From contig NC_043005.1 of NCBI RefSeq assembly GCF_006345805.1, positions 30,256,001-30,320,000 of the forward strand: 64,000 nt of DNA, read 5' to 3'. A model generated the notes under the pieces. It was not told where the DNA came from. It did not search any database and saw nothing but the letters and a program-made list of their open reading frames with translations. Both the position numbers and the translations under genes were made by a program. Shown here piece after piece: positions 13,648 to 25,453 of the stretch. The DNA comes from Octopus sinensis (taxonomy: Eukaryota). Position 1 is the stretch's first letter; each line of letters opens with the position of its first letter.

Positions 13648-14056
13648 GGCGCAGGAGTGGCTGTGTGGTAAGTAGCTTGCTAACCAACCACATGGTTCTG
13701 GGTTCAGTCCCACTGCGTGGCATCTTGGGCAAGTGTCTTCTGCTATAGCCTCGGGCCGACCAATGCCTTGTGAGTGGATTTGGTAGACGGAAACTGAAAG
13801 AAGCCTGTCGTATATATATATATATATATATATATGTGTTTGTGTGTCTGTGTTTGTCCCCCTAGCATTGCTTGACAACCGATGCTGGTGTGTTTACGTC
13901 CCCGTCACTTAGCGGTTTGGCAAAAGAGACCGATAGAATAAGTACTGGGCTTACAAAGAATAAGTCCCAGGGTTGATTTGCTCGACTAAAGGCAGTGCTC
14001 CAGCATGGCCGCAGTCAAATGACTGAAACAAGTAAAAGAGTAAAAGAGTAAAGAGT
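13648..14056 (+). mobile_element. tRNA-derived SINE, family A, full length
   Basis: A-box-like tggctgtgtggt, B-box-like gggttcagtccc, internal (TA)/(TG) tract, (TAAAAGAG)n tail. Many copies in the window. Confidence 0.85.
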
Positions 14057-14169
14057 AGGAGTAGTAGTAGTACTATTACTATTACTATTACTATTAATAT
14101 TTCAATTACTATTACTATTAGTGTTACTACTATTACAAATACTACTACTACTACTATTACTACTACTAA

Positions 14170-14217
<48 letters not shown>

Positions 14218-14244
14218 TACTATTACTACTACAACTACTACAAC

Positions 14245-14282
14245 TAAACCCTAAGCTAACCCGAACCCTAATCCTAACCCTA

Positions 14283-14332
<50 letters not shown>

Positions 14333-14340
14333 TAACCCTA
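14245..14340. repeat. Interstitial telomere-like tract (TAACCC/TAAACCC)n
   Basis: About 15 units equal to TTAGGG/TTTAGGG on the minus strand, abutting a truncated RTE fragment. Confidence 0.9.
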
Positions 14341-15383
14341 TCACACACCTATCTTCATCCATTCTCGCCACATGACCATACCAGCGCAATCGTCTCTCTT
14401 GCACACAACAGCTGATGCTTCTTAGGTCCAACTTTTCTCTCAAGGTACTTACACTCTGTCGATTATGAACACTGACGTTACACATCCATCGGAGCATACT
14501 AGCTTCATTTCTTGCGAGCTTACGCAAATCCTCAGCAGTCACAGCCCAAGTTTCACTACCATGTAGCATGGCTGTACGTACACATGCATCATACAGTCTG
14601 CCTTTTACTTTGAGCGAGAGGCCTTTTGTCACCAGCAGGGGTAAGAGCTCTCTAAACTTTGCCCAGGCTATTCTTACACTTTCAGCACACCCGCTACTGA
14701 CTTGGTCACTTAGGTAGTGGAAGCTATCAACTACTTCTAGTTTTTCTCCCTGGAACATGATAGAAGTTGGTCTCTGCATATTATCAGAGTTTATTGCTCC
14801 TGAGCATCTGCCACAGATAAAAACTATTTTCCTAGTTAGTCTTCCTTTGACATTACTACATCACTTATGTGTCCATAGCTTACATTTGGTGCACCTTATA
14901 GAGTTTCTACCTACACCTTTTCTACAGATCGAGCAGGGTCATCTACCTGAAGGCATTGTGATTGGTCTACCTTCCTACTTATTAGGACTTTGGTTTTGGC
15001 TAGGTTGATTCTAAGGCCCTTCGATTCTAAACCTTGCTTCCACACCGGAAACTTCTCCTCCAGTTCTGATAGAGACTCAGCAATTAGAGCAAGGTCATCA
15101 GCATAGAGGAGCTCCCAGGGGCATCCTGTCTTGAATTCCTCCGTTATTGCCTGGAGGACTATGATAAATAGGAGGGGACTGAGGATTGAACCTTGGTGGA
15201 CCCCAAACTCTACCCTGAATTCTTCGCTGTACTCAATGCCAACCCTCACCTTACTAGCAGCGTCTCTGTACATGGCTTGTACAGCTCTCACTAACCATTC
15301 ATCTATCCCTAGTTTCCTCAGTGACCACCAGATAAGGGATCGGGGGACCTTGTCGAAGGCTTTCTCCATATCAACAAAAGCTC
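14341..15383 (-). mobile_element. RTE LINE reverse transcriptase fragment
   Basis: ORFs 14911-15627 (AFVDMEKAFDKVP, HQGSILSPLLF, LLYADDLAL) and 14318-14779 (LYDACVRTAMLHGSETW, RLRWYGHVARM). Confidence 0.92.
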
Positions 15384-15384
15384 G

Positions 15385-15712
15385 TCTTTGATGACTTTCG
15401 GGACTCCTCTTTGTTCTCTTTTGGCACCCTCTGTGATCTCTTTCAGCACCCGCTTTGATATCTTTTGGGACTCCCCTTTGATATCTTTCGGGACTCCTCT
15501 TTGATCTCTTTCGGGTTCCTCTTTGATCTCTTTCAGCACCCTCTTTGATCTCTTTCGGCACTCTCTTTGATCTCTTTTGGCACCCTCTTTGATCTCTTTC
15601 AGCTCTCTCTTTGATCTCTTTCGACACATTCTTTGATCTCTTTCAGCACTCCTCTTTGATCCCTGTCGGCACCCTCTTTGATCAATGTCGGTACCCTCTT
15701 TGATCTATGTCA
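15385..15712. repeat. ~22-bp minisatellite (ctctttgatctctttc.gcacc)n
   Basis: Directly visible; it replaces the 5' side of the RTE fragment. Confidence 0.9.
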
Positions 15713-17975
15713 GCACCCTCTCTGGAATGTTCAACATTCCTTCCTCCCCTTCACTTCTCAAATCCCCCTCTCTGGAATGTTCAACATTCCTTCCTCACCT
15801 TCACTTCTCAAATCACCCTCTCTGGAATGTTCAACATTCCTTCCTCCCCTTCACTCTCAAATCCCCCTCTCTGGAATGTTCAACATTCCTTCCTCCTCTT
15901 CACTTCTCAAATCCATCTCTCTGGAATGTTCAACATTTCTTCCTCTCCTTCCTCCCCTTCACTTCTCAAATCCCCCTCTTAGGAATGTTCAAAATTCCTT
16001 CCTCACCCTCCACCCCTTCACTTCTCAAATCCCCCTCTCTGGAATGTTCAACATTACTTCCTCCCCTTCCTCCCCTTCACTTCTCAAATCTGCCTCTCTG
16101 GAATGTTCAACATTCCTTCCTCAGCTTCCTTCCCTTCACTTCTCAAATCACCTCTCTGGAATGTTCAACATTCCTTCCTCCCCTTCCTCACCTTCACTTC
16201 CTAAATCCCCCTCTCTGGAATGTTCAACATTCCCTCCTCCCCTTCACTTCTGAAATCCCTCTCTCTAGAATGTTCAACATTCTTTCCCCCTTCCTCCCCT
16301 TCACTTCTCAAATCACCCTCTCTGGAATGTTCAACATTCCTTCCTCCCCTTCCTCCCCTTCACTTCTCAAATCCCCCTCTCTGGAATGTTCAACATTCCT
16401 TCCTCCTCTTCACTTCTCAAATCCATCTCTCTGGAATGTTCAACATTTCTTCCTCTCCTTCCTCCCCTTCACTTCTCAAATCCCCCTCTTAGGAATGTTC
16501 AAAATTCCTTCCTCACCCTCCACCCCTTCACTTCTCAAATCCCCCTCTCTGGAATGTTCAACATTACTTCCTCCCCTTCCTCCCCTTCACTTCTCAAATC
16601 TGCCTCTCTGGAATGTTCAACATTCCTTCCTCAGCTTCCTTCCCTTCACTTCTCAAATCACCCTCTCTGGAATGTTCAACATTCCTTCCTCCCCTTCCTC
16701 ACCTTCACTTCCTAAATCCCCCTCTCTGGAATGTTCAACATTCCCTCCTCCCCTTCACTTCTGAAATCCCTCTCTCTAGAATGTTCAACATTCCTTTCCC
16801 CCTTCCTCCCCTTCACTTCTCAAATACCCCTCTCTGGAATGTTCAACATTCCTTCCTCCCCTTCCTCCCCTTCACTTCTCAAATCCCCCTCTCTGGAATG
16901 TTCAACATTCCTTCCTCCCTTTCACTTCTCAAATCCCCCTCCCTTGAATGTTCAACATTCCTTTCCCCCTTCCTCCCCTTCACTTCCCAAATCCCCCTCT
17001 CTGGAATGTTCAACATTCCTTCCTCCACTTCACTTCTCATATCCCCCTCTCTGGAATGTTCCACATTCCTTCATCCCCTTCCTCCCCTTCACTTATCAAA
17101 TCCCCCTCTCTGGAATGTTCAACATTCCTTCCCCCCCTTCACTATCAAATCCCCCTCTCTGGAATGTTCAATATTCCTTCATCTGCTTCACTTGTCAAAT
17201 CCCCCTCTCTGGAATGTTCAACATTCCTTCCTCCCCTTCACTTCTCAAATCCCCCTCGCTGGAATGTTCATTATTCCTTCCTCCTTTTCCTCCCCTTCAC
17301 TTCTCAAATCCCTCTCACTGGAATGTTCAACATTCCTTCCTCCCCTTCATTTCTCAAATCCCCTCTCTGGAATGTTCCAACATTCTTTCCTCCCCTTCAT
17401 TTCTCAAATCCCTCTCTCTGGAATGTTCAACATTCCTTCATCCCCTTCCTCCCCTTCACTTCTCAAATCCCCCTCTCTTGAATGTTCAACATTCCTTCCT
17501 CCCCTTCACTTCTCAAATCCCCCTCTCTGGAATGTTCAACATTCTTTCCTCCCCTTCCCTTTCATTTCTCAAATCCCCCTCTTTGGCATGATCAACATTC
17601 CTTCCTCCCCTTCATTTCTCAAATCCCCCTCTCTGGAATGTTCAACATTCCTTTCTCTCCTTCCTCCCTTTCATTTCTTAAATCCCCCTCTTTAGAATGT
17701 TCAACATTCCTTTCTCCACTTCCTCTCTTTCATTTCTCAAATCCTCCTCTCTGGAATGTTCAACATTCCTTCCTCCCCATCATTTCTCAAATCCCCCTCT
17801 CTGGAATGTTCAACATTCCTTTCTCCCCTTCCTCCCTTTCATTTCTCAAATCCCCCCCTCTGTATTGTTCAACATTCTTTCCTCCCCTTCATTTCTCAAA
17901 TCCTCCTCTATGGAATGTTCAATATTCCTTCCTCCCCTTCATTTCTCAAATCCCCCTCTCTTGAATGTTCAACAT
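15713..17975. repeat. ~42-55-bp pyrimidine-rich minisatellite (ctctctggaatgttcaacattccttcctccccttcacttctcaaatccc)n
   Basis: Directly visible, ~2.3 kb. It explains all long P/S/L/F-rich ORFs from 15678 to 18212. Confidence 0.95.
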
Positions 17976-18248
17976 TTCTGGTCAAAATTGTTTGAAAATT
18001 TTTGTTCAAATTTTTTTGAAAATTTTTGGTCAATATGTTTAGAAAAATTTTTTGAAGATTTTGGTCAAAAACATTTTCCAAAACATTTTGACCAGAAAAT
18101 CTTTCAAAAATTTTTGACCAAAAATTTTCAGAAAAATTTTCAAAATATTTTGACCAAAATTTTCAAAAAATTTTTCAAAAGAATTTTTATCAAAATTTTC
18201 GAAAAATTTTGACCAAAAATTTTCAAAATAATTTTGACCAAAAATTTC
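17976..18248. repeat. AT-rich (gaccaaaattttcgaaaaattttt)-type array
   Basis: Alternating A4-5/T4-5 runs with gacc/ggtc spacers. Confidence 0.85.
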
Positions 18249-18953
18249 GGGCTTCTTTCAGTTTCCGTCTACCAAATCCACTCACAAAGCCTTGCCCAAG
18301 ATGCCACGCAGTGGGACTGAACCCATAACCATGTGGTTGGTAAACAAGCTACTTACCACACAGCCACATGTTTATATATTATTTATGTTATTATATGATC
18401 GAACGCTACGCATCCATTTCCAAGTATATGTAGCGAATCTTGCATGCATGATGTGGATTCGATCCACTACAGCCAAATTTAAGCCCTCACTGCTACAAAA
18501 TTTTTCCCACGGTGGAACAATGGTTTTTCTCTGACAGCAGTTTTTACATTTTCCAGATGCCCTTTAATTAGGCCGAAATTAATGTCTTCACCACTTGACC
18601 CTTTCTAACCTTTTCTACTTCACCAAAGTCTAGAATAGATAACAAGACCACCAACTAAATCTATTGTTTTCTATGATATATCTATCCTTCTGGATCTTAA
18701 TATAAGCAAGCACATCCCAAGCAAAAATCAGTTAGTCACCAGCCGGGTAACGACTCAACCGCAGTTAGTCACCAACCGGTAACAACTCAACGAGGTCTGG
18801 CAGACCAACCTTGGTCAGAGAGAGAAAGCAACTCTGAGACAACACCCTACAATTCTCTCTAGCTCTAATTCTGTTCTCTTACAACATCATTCTATCTCTC
18901 CCAGCAATTACTACTAAAACAATGAAGAGAACCCAAACAAACATTCTACCGTG

Positions 18954-19380
18954 TCTAACTTTCGCATGCTTTTGGATTTATCAACCTGCCCGTCGAGGTA
19001 AGGTAATTATAAAATAACGGCGAATATATAACTTTCTTAAAATTTAATACATTGTGCATCTTTCACTAATAATGCTTACAAACCAAATTCTCCCGTAACA
19101 ACAAATTGTTTTGCTACCGCTATAAATGGTGACCCTCGAACAAGAGCATATATATATGTAACGGTTGGTTCTTAGGAAGGTTTCAATGCTCTTGTTCGAG
19201 GGTCACCATTTATAACGGTAGCAAAACAATTTGTTGTTACGGGAGAATTTGGTTTGTAAACATTATTAGTGAAAGATGCACAATGTATTAAATTTTAAGA
19301 AAGTTATATATTTGCCGTTATTTTATAATTACCTTACCTCGACGGGCAGTTCGATAAATCCAAAAGCATGCGAAAGTTAG

Positions 19381-19381
<1 letters not shown>
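18954..19381. repeat. Fold-back element: ~196-bp arms, 36-nt loop, ending in (TA)n
   Basis: 18954-19149 is the reverse complement of 19186-19381 with a few substitutions. No hammerhead core found. Confidence 0.95.
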
Positions 19382-19435
<54 letters not shown>

Positions 19436-19584
19436 CTTTTAGGGAATAAAAATTCCAGCATAACAGAGGTTCAAATTATTCTCAATGAAGAAATATATTT
19501 TAATTTAGAGATAGTAGGCCCCTACCTCTCACCATATAAAAAGAATTTTTATTTTTATTTTAAATACCTACTGTTTTATTACTT

Positions 19585-19679
19585 GGCAACACGTGTTTCA
19601 TGAGGTACATCCTCGGGTTCCTAAACCACTCCATGTTTTCCTGGAACCCTTCTTAAAATGTAGCTCCAATCATCAGGCC
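19585..19679 (-). ncRNA. Type I hammerhead ribozyme motif with long helix II loop
   Basis: Minus strand: GGC-CUGAUGA-U-UGGAGCUAC...GUACCUCA-U-GAAA-CACGUGU-U-GCC. Helix I is only 3 bp; U-U at the base of helix II. Confidence 0.5.
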
Positions 19680-19958
19680 CTTATATCACTTTATCAGCGT
19701 TCAATAAAATAAACTATATATTTTAATTTTTTAAAGCCCTTAAGTATGTGTAATATATATATATATATATATATATATAATAATAAATATTAGGGAATAA
19801 ATTCAAATTTACAGGGAAAAAAATCAGATTTAGGATTAAATCCAATTTTATAGTAAAATATTATATAATATTAATTAGAGACAAAACCACTATTTTGCAA
19901 AACAAACAATGAAAGACTTAATCAATACATAAAATTTTAATAAAAAGTAAAAAAACTG

Positions 19959-20002
19959 CCACTACAATTGTTTCATGTCTTCTAATGACAATCTTCAGGT
20001 GG
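19959..20002 (-). ncRNA. Minimal type I hammerhead ribozyme motif
   Basis: Minus strand: CCAC-CUGAAGA-U-UGUC-AUUAGAA-GACA-U-GAAA-CAAUUGU-A-GUGG. Canonical core, palindromic helix III, 4-bp helix I, then ~180 nt and (TA)n. Confidence 0.78.
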
Positions 20003-20103
20003 ATTTCCGATAAATCAGTTTCAATTTATGAAGTGAAATTAAACTCTAGCCGTTATAACGTCAAACAAAATTACGTTACAATAGGAACCTAACATATGTA
20101 TAA

Positions 20104-20186
20104 AAAGTCTACGCGCTCTGTAAACGAACGTCATTTAAAAAAAAAATTTTTTTAAATGACGTTCGTTTACAGAGCGCGTAGACTTT
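20104..20186. repeat. Short palindrome with ~35-bp arms around an A/T run
   Basis: aaagtctacgcgctctgtaaacgaacgtcattt[A/T run]aaatgacgttcgtttacagagcgcgtagacttt. Confidence 0.9.
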
Positions 20187-20632
20187 CAAAGATATATTTT
20201 TTATAATTTACCTCTGCTGACTGATCGAATTTTTCTAACAACCGGGGTCGCTGTACAAAGGTTGTATTATATGTCAAAGTACATTTTCTCACAAACCTTA
20301 AATCAAGTCCGCAGATAATAAATCCACGCTTTCCACTGATATTTTGGAGTATTTATAATATACATGGGAATTAAACGACTTCCTTCTGTCAAATCGGATA
20401 TTATTCAAAGAAGCCCAATTCGTTAACGTGCTTTTTTTCCCTTTCATTCTTTTCCTTCTTCTTTAAAGAGATATTTATCTACTAAATTTATTTATGAGAC
20501 TGGCAACGAAAGCTAATAAAAAATATATCAGTGAGTCTTAGTGTGTTTAACGCAAGGGGACCTAAAAATCAAGACGAGGAATAAAGATGCGGTGAGAAAA
20601 AAAATATTACTTCTCAATGAAAAAACAACAGA

Positions 20633-20857
20633 GCGCAGGAGTGGCTGTGTGGTAAGTAGCTTGCTAACCAACCACATGGTTCCGGGTTCAGTCCCACTGC
20701 GTGGCATCTTGGGCAAGTGTCTTCTGCTATAGCCCTGGGCCGACCAATGCCTTGTGTGTGGATTTGGTACACGGAAACTGAAAGAAGCCAGGTGGTGCTA
20801 TTAAGTTAGACATGGCCTGGGCCAATAATGGCCGAAACCTATCAAAGTATCAAAGTA

Positions 20858-20932
<75 letters not shown>

Positions 20933-21138
20933 TTGTGTGTCTGTGTTTGTCTCCCTAGCATTGCTTGACAACCGATGCTGGTGTGTTTACATCCCCGTCA
21001 CTTAGCGGTTTGGCAAAAGAGACCGATAGAATAAGTACTGGGCTTACAAAGAATAAGTCCGGGGTCGATTTGCTTGACTAAAGGCGGTGCTCCAGCATGG
21101 CCGCAGTCAAATGGCTGAAACAAGTAAAAAAGTAAAGA

Positions 21139-21140
<2 letters not shown>
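20633..21140 (+). mobile_element. SINE family A, full length
   Basis: Near-identical to 13648-14056, with a small internal insertion. Confidence 0.85.
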
Positions 21141-21200
<60 letters not shown>

Positions 21201-21285
21201 GTATGTATTATATATATATATATAATATATATATGTATATATATATATATTATATATATATATATATAATATATATATATGTATG

Positions 21286-21322
<37 letters not shown>

Positions 21323-21337
21323 GTGTGTGCATATACA

Positions 21338-21395
<58 letters not shown>

Positions 21396-21443
21396 CATAT
21401 ACAGATGTATATATATGTGTGTGTGCATATACAGATGTATATA

Positions 21444-21520
<77 letters not shown>

Positions 21521-21560
21521 ATATATATGTGTGTGCATATACAGATGTATATATATATAT
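21141..21560. repeat. Compound (TA)n/(TG)n microsatellite
   Basis: Directly visible. Confidence 0.95.
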
Positions 21561-21570
21561 CCGTAAAATT

Positions 21571-21726
21571 AATATGTGACAATTCGGTAGCCAAGATAAA
21601 ACTCTGAGTTTCGGATGCCGAAGTGGAAATCCAAACCACCATTTCTTCAGTTATCTGTCAGTTATTTCCACCTCAGCATCTGAAACTCAGAGTTTTATCT
21701 TGGCTACCGAATAATTGTCACATATT
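21571..21726. repeat. Fold-back element with ~60-bp arms next to (TA)n
   Basis: aatatgtgacaatt..ggtagccaagataaaactctgagtttc / gaaactcagagttttatcttggctacc..aattgtcacatatt. Confidence 0.9.
21595..21655 (-). ncRNA. Type I hammerhead ribozyme motif spanning the left arm and loop of the fold-back
   Basis: Minus strand: GAUAA-CUGAAGA-AAUGGUGG...CCAC...CAUCC-GAAA-CUC-A-GAGU-U-UUAUC. 5-bp helix I, helix III ACUC/GAGU, imperfect helix II. Confidence 0.65.
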
Positions 21727-21800
21727 ATTTTACAGATAAATTTCCTCTATTTACATAATATTGAGGTCTCTTTCTTTCTTTTGTTATCTTACCGTTTTTA

Positions 21801-21869
<69 letters not shown>

Positions 21870-22302
21870 TCCCCTCATCATCGCTCGACAACCGATATTG
21901 GTGTGTTTACGTCCCCGTAGCTTAGCGGTACGGCAAGGGAGACTGATAGAATAAGTACTAAGGTTACAAAGAATAAGTCCTGGGTCCGATTTGCTCGACC
22001 AAAGGCGGTGCTCCAGCACGGCAGCAGTCAAATGGCTGAAACAAGTAAAAGAATAAAACAGCACACACACACACACGATGCTTGCATATGAGAAAATTTA
22101 CCTTTGCTCAATATAAATGAATTATAAACAAGGAAATGCTTTTAAATAACTGGCTATAAGGAATTTAAAAAAAAGTGATTATCCAATCAAAACTTGAATT
22201 GAAGATAGCTCGCTTCTAAATGAACGTACAACTCCACATCATAGAATGCAAGGAAAATCAACGGAAATCTTTAAGCAATTAAATCAAAGGATATTAAAGT
22301 GA

Positions 22303-22373
22303 AGACCCTGAAGAAACTGCACCGGTATTATAGTAAGGTTATTGATCGATGCAGCAGAAACATGTGTAGGTCT
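22303..22373 (+). ncRNA. Type I hammerhead ribozyme motif
   Basis: AGACC-CUGAAGA-AA-CUGCA...UGCAG-CA-GAAA-CAUGUGU-A-GGUCU. 5-bp helix I, near-palindromic helix III, GUA triplet. Confidence 0.75.
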
Positions 22374-23772
22374 ATACGTAAAAAGGAATAAAAGGTAATG
22401 CTAATGCTACTTCGTAATAATAATAATAATAAATACCCTGATACAGTACCAGACACTGACTCTCATGACTTTTGATCTTAACCGATTGGAAGTGATATTG
22501 AGCAAATATTCTGTTCAATACCACAGATTTGCTTGTCATTTGTTTGACCTTAACCACTTGAGCATGTCCCTTAGTGGCTGATGATATGTGCATCTCTGAT
22601 CACGAGCAGAAGTAGTGGGTGAGCATCATAGCCATGTGTTGAAAGGAATTCTTTGGGGTTTGAATAATTCACCTTTGAAAACATGGGTGGTTCGTTCAAC
22701 ATCCTTATTGAGGGACCTTTTGAGCGGGATGGGTTACTCGACCAGAAAAAAAAATTATTCAGGCAAGGGAAATAACTCTAAAGAAACTTCTGCTTATCTG
22801 AGAGTTATTTCCCATAAGTAAATACTGTAAGGCCGAACGGTTATGACGCCCGCTTCGTAACTCCAATGTTCCGGGTTCGATCTCACTTTTTGGTAACTTG
22901 GGCAAATGTCACTTCTTATTGTTTGGGTCGAGTTATATCTTCTAAAAGAAAATGGGTAGACGAAAACTGTAAAAAAATCGTTGAAGATTGCACACGTAAT
23001 TCAAAGAGCACAGCCTTGTCGCACATTGCATTACATCCATTCTGCATGAGAATTGCGATAAGTGTACATGGGTCTGTGGAATACTCAACCACTTACACGA
23101 TAATTCATAAACAAGTAATTCTGTTTAATACACTACGTCATCTGAAAGTGTAATGTTTTCTGGAATAATCCAGTAACATTATATTTTAATAATTTCATCA
23201 TCACCGCTAAATTGTATTGAAGGAATTAAACGATAACTCGTTTAATTCCTTCAATTCTTTGGAAAAAAAAAAGGAACGAGGAGAAACCGATGCAGGAGTT
23301 TACCACATAGGTTGCATCTATTATATCATTCCTTGATACTGTCTGCACTAAGTACCCCATTAATAGGCCGCTAATATGAAAAATAAAGGATTGAAAACTT
23401 AGGGTAAGCAAATTAATAGCTTCAGTTTTCTGTAGCTAATGGATTTGTTTTGCATATAAACAGATCGGCTCTTTGCTTTCCTGAGATTATTCAAGTAATG
23501 TAGAGAAACTTTATCCAACCTGTTCTTACTCTAGCTGCTAAACTTTCAGAACATGTCCCTACTTATTAATTAGGTCACCTAGGTAATAAAATCTATCAAC
23601 AACTAGGAAAGCTTTTCAGGTATTTTCAGCCTTCTCTGTTCACCTACCTCCAATCCTATCACACCCCTTGTATTTCCACTACTTATGCTGGGTACACCGA
23701 ATGGAATTTCTACTTGCTTCTTTTCTGCATACTGTGTACAGCTATTTTGCTGATGGTATCAAGGTCTTTATA

Positions 23773-25453
23773 TAGCTATTTGGGTTTACTCTTTGGCTTG
23801 ACTATTTGGCTTGGCTATTTGGGTTGTCTGTTTGGGTTGTCTATTTGGGTTAGCTATTTGTGTTGGCTATTTGGCTTAGTATTTGGCTAGGAAATTTGGC
23901 TTGGCTATTTGGCTTGGCTATTTGGGTGGGCTATTTGGGTTGGCTATTTGGGTTAGCTATTTGGCTTGGCTATTTGGCTTGGCTATTTGTGTTTGCTATT
24001 TTGGTTGGCTATTTGTGTTTCCTATTTGGGTTGGATAGTTGGCTTGGCTATTTGGCTTGGCTATTTTGGTTAGCTATTTGGCTTGACTATTTGGGTTGTC
24101 TATTTGGGTTTGCTATTTGGGTTGTCTATTTGGCTTGGCTATTTGGTTTGCCTATTTGGGTTGTCTATTTGGGTTGTCCATTTGGCTTGGCTATTTGGCT
24201 TGGCTATTTGGTTTGCCTATTTGGGTTGTCTTTTTGGGTTGTCTATTTGGCTTGGCTATTTGGGTTGGCTGTTTGGGTTAGCTATTTGGGTTTACTCTTT
24301 GGCTTGACTATTTGGCTTGGCAATTTGGCTTGGCTATTTGGGTTGGCTATTTTGGTTTGCTATTTGGCTTGGCTTTTTGGGTTGGCTATTTGATTTGCTA
24401 TTTATGTTGGCTATTTGTCTTAGCTATTTGGCTAGGCTATTTGGCTTGGCTATTTGGCTTGGTTATTTGTGTTTGCTATTTGGGTTGGCTATTTGGGTTC
24501 GCTATTTGGCTTGGTAATTTGGCCTGGCTATTTGAGATGGCTATTTGGGTTAGCTATTTGAGTTGGCTATTTGGATTGGCTTTTTGGGTTGGCTATTTTG
24601 CTAGGCTATTTGGGTTGGCTATTGGGATTGGCTATTTGTGTTTGCTATTTGTTTTGTCTTTTTGGGTTGGCTATTTGTGTTTCCTACTTGTCTTGGCTAC
24701 TTGGCTTGGTTATTTTGCTAGGCGATTTGGGTTGGCTATTTTGGTTTGCTATTTGGCTTAGCTATTTAGGTTGGCTATTTAGGTATGCTATTTGTTTTGG
24801 CTATTTGGCTTAGCTATTTGGCTAGGCTATTTGGCTTGATTTTTTAGCTTGGCTATTTTGTTTGGCTATTTGTGTTTGCTATTTGGGTTTGCTATTTGGC
24901 TTGGCAATTTTGCTTGGCTATTTGGGTTTGCTATTTGTGTTTCCTATTTGGGTGAAATATTTGACTTGGCTATTTGGCTTGGCTATTTAGCTAGGCTATT
25001 TGCGTTGGCTTTTTGAGTTGGCTATTTGGGTTGGCTATTTGGGTTGGCTATTTGAGTTGGCTATTTGAGCTAGGTTATTTGGCTAGGCTGTTTATGTTGG
25101 CTTCTTGGTTGGCTATTTGGTTTGCTATTTTGCTGGGCTTCTTGGATTAGCTATTTGGATATGCTATTTATGTTGGCTATGTGTCTTAGCTATTTGGGTA
25201 GGCTATTTGGGTTGGCTATTTGGGTATGCTATTTGTGTTGGCTATTTGGCTTAGCATTTGGCTAGGAAATTTGGCTTGGCTATTTGGATTGGCTATTTGG
25301 CTTGGCTATTTGGCTTGGCTATTTGGCTTGGCTATTTGGGTTAGCTATTTGGCTTTGCTATTTCGGTTGGCTATTTGGGTTTGCTATTAGTGTTGGCTAT
25401 TTGGCTTGGCTATTTGGCTAGGCTTTTTGGCTTGGCTATTTCGGTTGGCTATT
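23773..25453. repeat. 10-bp minisatellite (ttggctattt/gggttggcta variants), ~1.7 kb
   Basis: Directly visible. It explains the W/L/G/A-rich ORFs from 23860 to 24813. Confidence 0.95.

Noticed and set aside
13648-13740. tRNA-like A and B boxes here and at 54848
   Set aside because: No complete cloverleaf; these are heads of multi-copy SINEs, not tRNA genes.
15713-17975. Regularly spaced conserved motif resembling a CRISPR array
   Set aside because: The spacers are not unique but variants of one monomer; the context is eukaryotic with no cas genes.
15678-18212. Long ORFs of up to 360 aa
   Set aside because: They are open frames through a pyrimidine-rich minisatellite, appear in all three frames, and show no protein signal.
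21078-21642. Numerous IY/CV/HT-repeat ORFs here and throughout the window
   Set aside because: They are translations of (TA)n, (TG)n and (TACA)n microsatellites.
22570-22620. CTGATGA in a dispersed repeat
   Set aside because: It is followed by GAAG rather than GAAA, with no palindromic helix III.
23860-24813. Hydrophobic W/L/G-rich ORFs resembling membrane proteins
   Set aside because: They are translations of a 10-bp minisatellite.
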